Positions 62,381 to 64,000 of a stretch of DNA of 64,000 bases are shown one piece after another. Position 1 is the stretch's first letter; each line of letters begins with the position of its first letter. Both the position numbers and the translations under genes were made by a program. The notes beneath the pieces were generated by a model. That model saw only the letters and a program-made list of their open reading frames with translations, ran no database searches and was not told the DNA's origin. Source of the DNA: Macrostomum lignano (taxonomy: Eukaryota); the NCBI GenBank assembly GCA_002269645.1, contig NIVC01000926.1:310001-374000 (forward strand), in the 5' to 3' direction.

Positions 62381-63910
62381 CTTCGCGTGATGTCGGAACG
62401 CCGTTGCTGCTTCCTCAGCTGCTTCATTGCTGGCTCCGAGGCCAACAGTGCTGAGCTCGTCATAGCTAAAATATCTGGTCATCTTTGCTTTCAGATTCTC
62501 TTCCTCAAATGTGGGAATAGATGCCTCCTTCTTAGGCCTTGTGCTAACAGTAAGGTCTTCTGCGGCATCGAACGTGGCCAGGATGGTTGGATTCTCGTAG
62601 CTAAATATGAAATCGCTAGACTTATTCCTGGTCAGCTGCTGCTCCTTTGACTTGGGCTTCTTCAATATTGACTTCGGCTTCTTCATAGCAGCAACTTGGC
62701 TGGCGCTGGGGCTGGAACCCACTGGGTCCGAGTACAACGACGAGTTGAGGTCGGAGGCCCTGTCAATGTCGATTGACATGCCGTCGTCGGCGCTGGGATC
62801 GATGTACCTGCCCGACTCCGACTTTGAAACCGTTCGAATAGGAATTCTGCGACCGTAAATATCCTGCGAGGACAGCTGCTGCTGGGTGTCCGACATCGCC
62901 TGCTGACTGTGATAAGATCCATCGCTTGACTGTCTGGAGTGCTGGTGCTGATGACCGGACTTCTTCGGCAGAGTGGTGTAGTCGCCGGCTCCCCGCTGCG
63001 CCCTCTGCTGCTTCAGCTGCTCATCTGAGATGTACATGTAGTCCGAGCCTCTGCCGTGAGACTTCGGTGCTGCAGCTGCCAACTGTTCAGCCTTGCTCCT
63101 GCTTCTCTCCGGATCCTCTTTGGTCACCTCAACGAAGGTGCTGCCAAAGCTCGGCCGCTTTTGCACCCGAGGCCTTCGATGCAGTGAACTCGAAGAGCTG
63201 CTCTCGTTGCTGCTGGTTCGTCTCACGCTGCTGGATGACTCCTGAGTCGGCTTCCGGCTCGGCATTGGGGCCGTCTCCACGAATAGCTTGCCCTGCTTGA
63301 TCTCGATAGCTTTCACGATCGGCTGATAGGTGTCCTCTTGTATCGCCTTCCTGTGCCGTGGAGCCTGCGGCTGCGCCACGTTGGCCGTAGATTTGGACAG
63401 GTGGCTGCCCAGACTCTGCTTTGACAATTGACCGTGCGCAGCGCTTGTGTCCAGCACGTAGTAGTGCTTCGCCGCCTCCTTCTTTGGCGACTCGTAGCTT
63501 CTTTGTTGCGTTCGAGAACTGTGCTTTGAATTGTAGGCGTCAAGCGTGCTCGGGGGGTGCTGCATGCGCCTGCTGCTGCTGCTGCTGTTGCTTCCGATGC
63601 TACCGGAATCCATCAGTACCTGCGATGATGTACTCTTTTTCAGTATGGATTGAAGCGGCTTCTCCTGCTGATGATCTTTGGCGTGGAATGTCTTTTTTGA
63701 CTTCATGACCCGGTTTGAAATCATGTGACCGCCGAAGCCCAGCTCCGAGCTGCACACATAGTCGCTCTCTTGCTGCTGCGGAGGCTTCAGTTGACTTTTT
63801 GGACGGTACTCTTTCGGCGTCTCTTGCGTACGGGCACTTGCTTCGCATGTTTGCTCTTGATCGCCAAAAGTAAGATCCGATAAAGAAGAGGATCTAGCAA
63901 ACTTTATCAT
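62381..63910 (-). CDS. Large coding exon (~510 aa) of a Ser/Lys/Gln-rich disordered protein; possibly an upstream Shank exon
   Basis: Non-repetitive open frame of 532 codons with GC-rich codon usage like the neighbouring genes. A strong donor AAG|GTAAGC at 62381/62380 precedes the ORF stop. No recognisable folded domain. Confidence 0.75.
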
Positions 63911-64000
63911 TCCAACAGCGACTAAGCTTATACGGCCACTCTATAAATCTCATAAACGATAATAGTTCTATTGCTACCATAAACACAAAAAATAAGCTCT

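Overview
Eukaryotic (animal) genomic DNA with spliceosomal GT-AG introns, GC-rich Gln/Ala-rich exons and introns packed with 20-40 bp minisatellites. This style suggests a lophotrochozoan, possibly a free-living flatworm such as Macrostomum; that is inference only. Gene models reconstructed by hand, with splice phases checked: SURF4/Erv29 (+, 3 exons); a divergent BUD23/WBSCR22-like methyltransferase (+, 2 exons); a catalytically dead caspase-fold protein (+, 3 exons); a single-domain hexokinase (-, 6 exons); a tandem pair of intronless C-type lectin + PAN-like genes (-, one with an in-frame UGA); a Shank scaffold gene (-, 9-10 exons, no SH3 or SAM seen); and a large disordered exon upstream of Shank. 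Mobile DNA: a head-to-tail Helitron dimer, a MULE derivative nested in another TIR element inside SURF4 intron 1, an internally deleted P/Galileo-type THAP element inserted into a 42-bp satellite, a full-length mariner, a MITE, tRNA-derived SINE-like heads and a CpG-eroded BEN-domain ORF relic. Most long ORFs in the supplied track are artefacts of tandem repeats. No CRISPR, rRNA or convincing functional tRNA was found. The best candidates for new biology are the pseudo-caspase, the BUD23 paralog with a presequence-like N-terminus, the atypical Shank architecture and a possible trans-spliced co-directional gene cluster.
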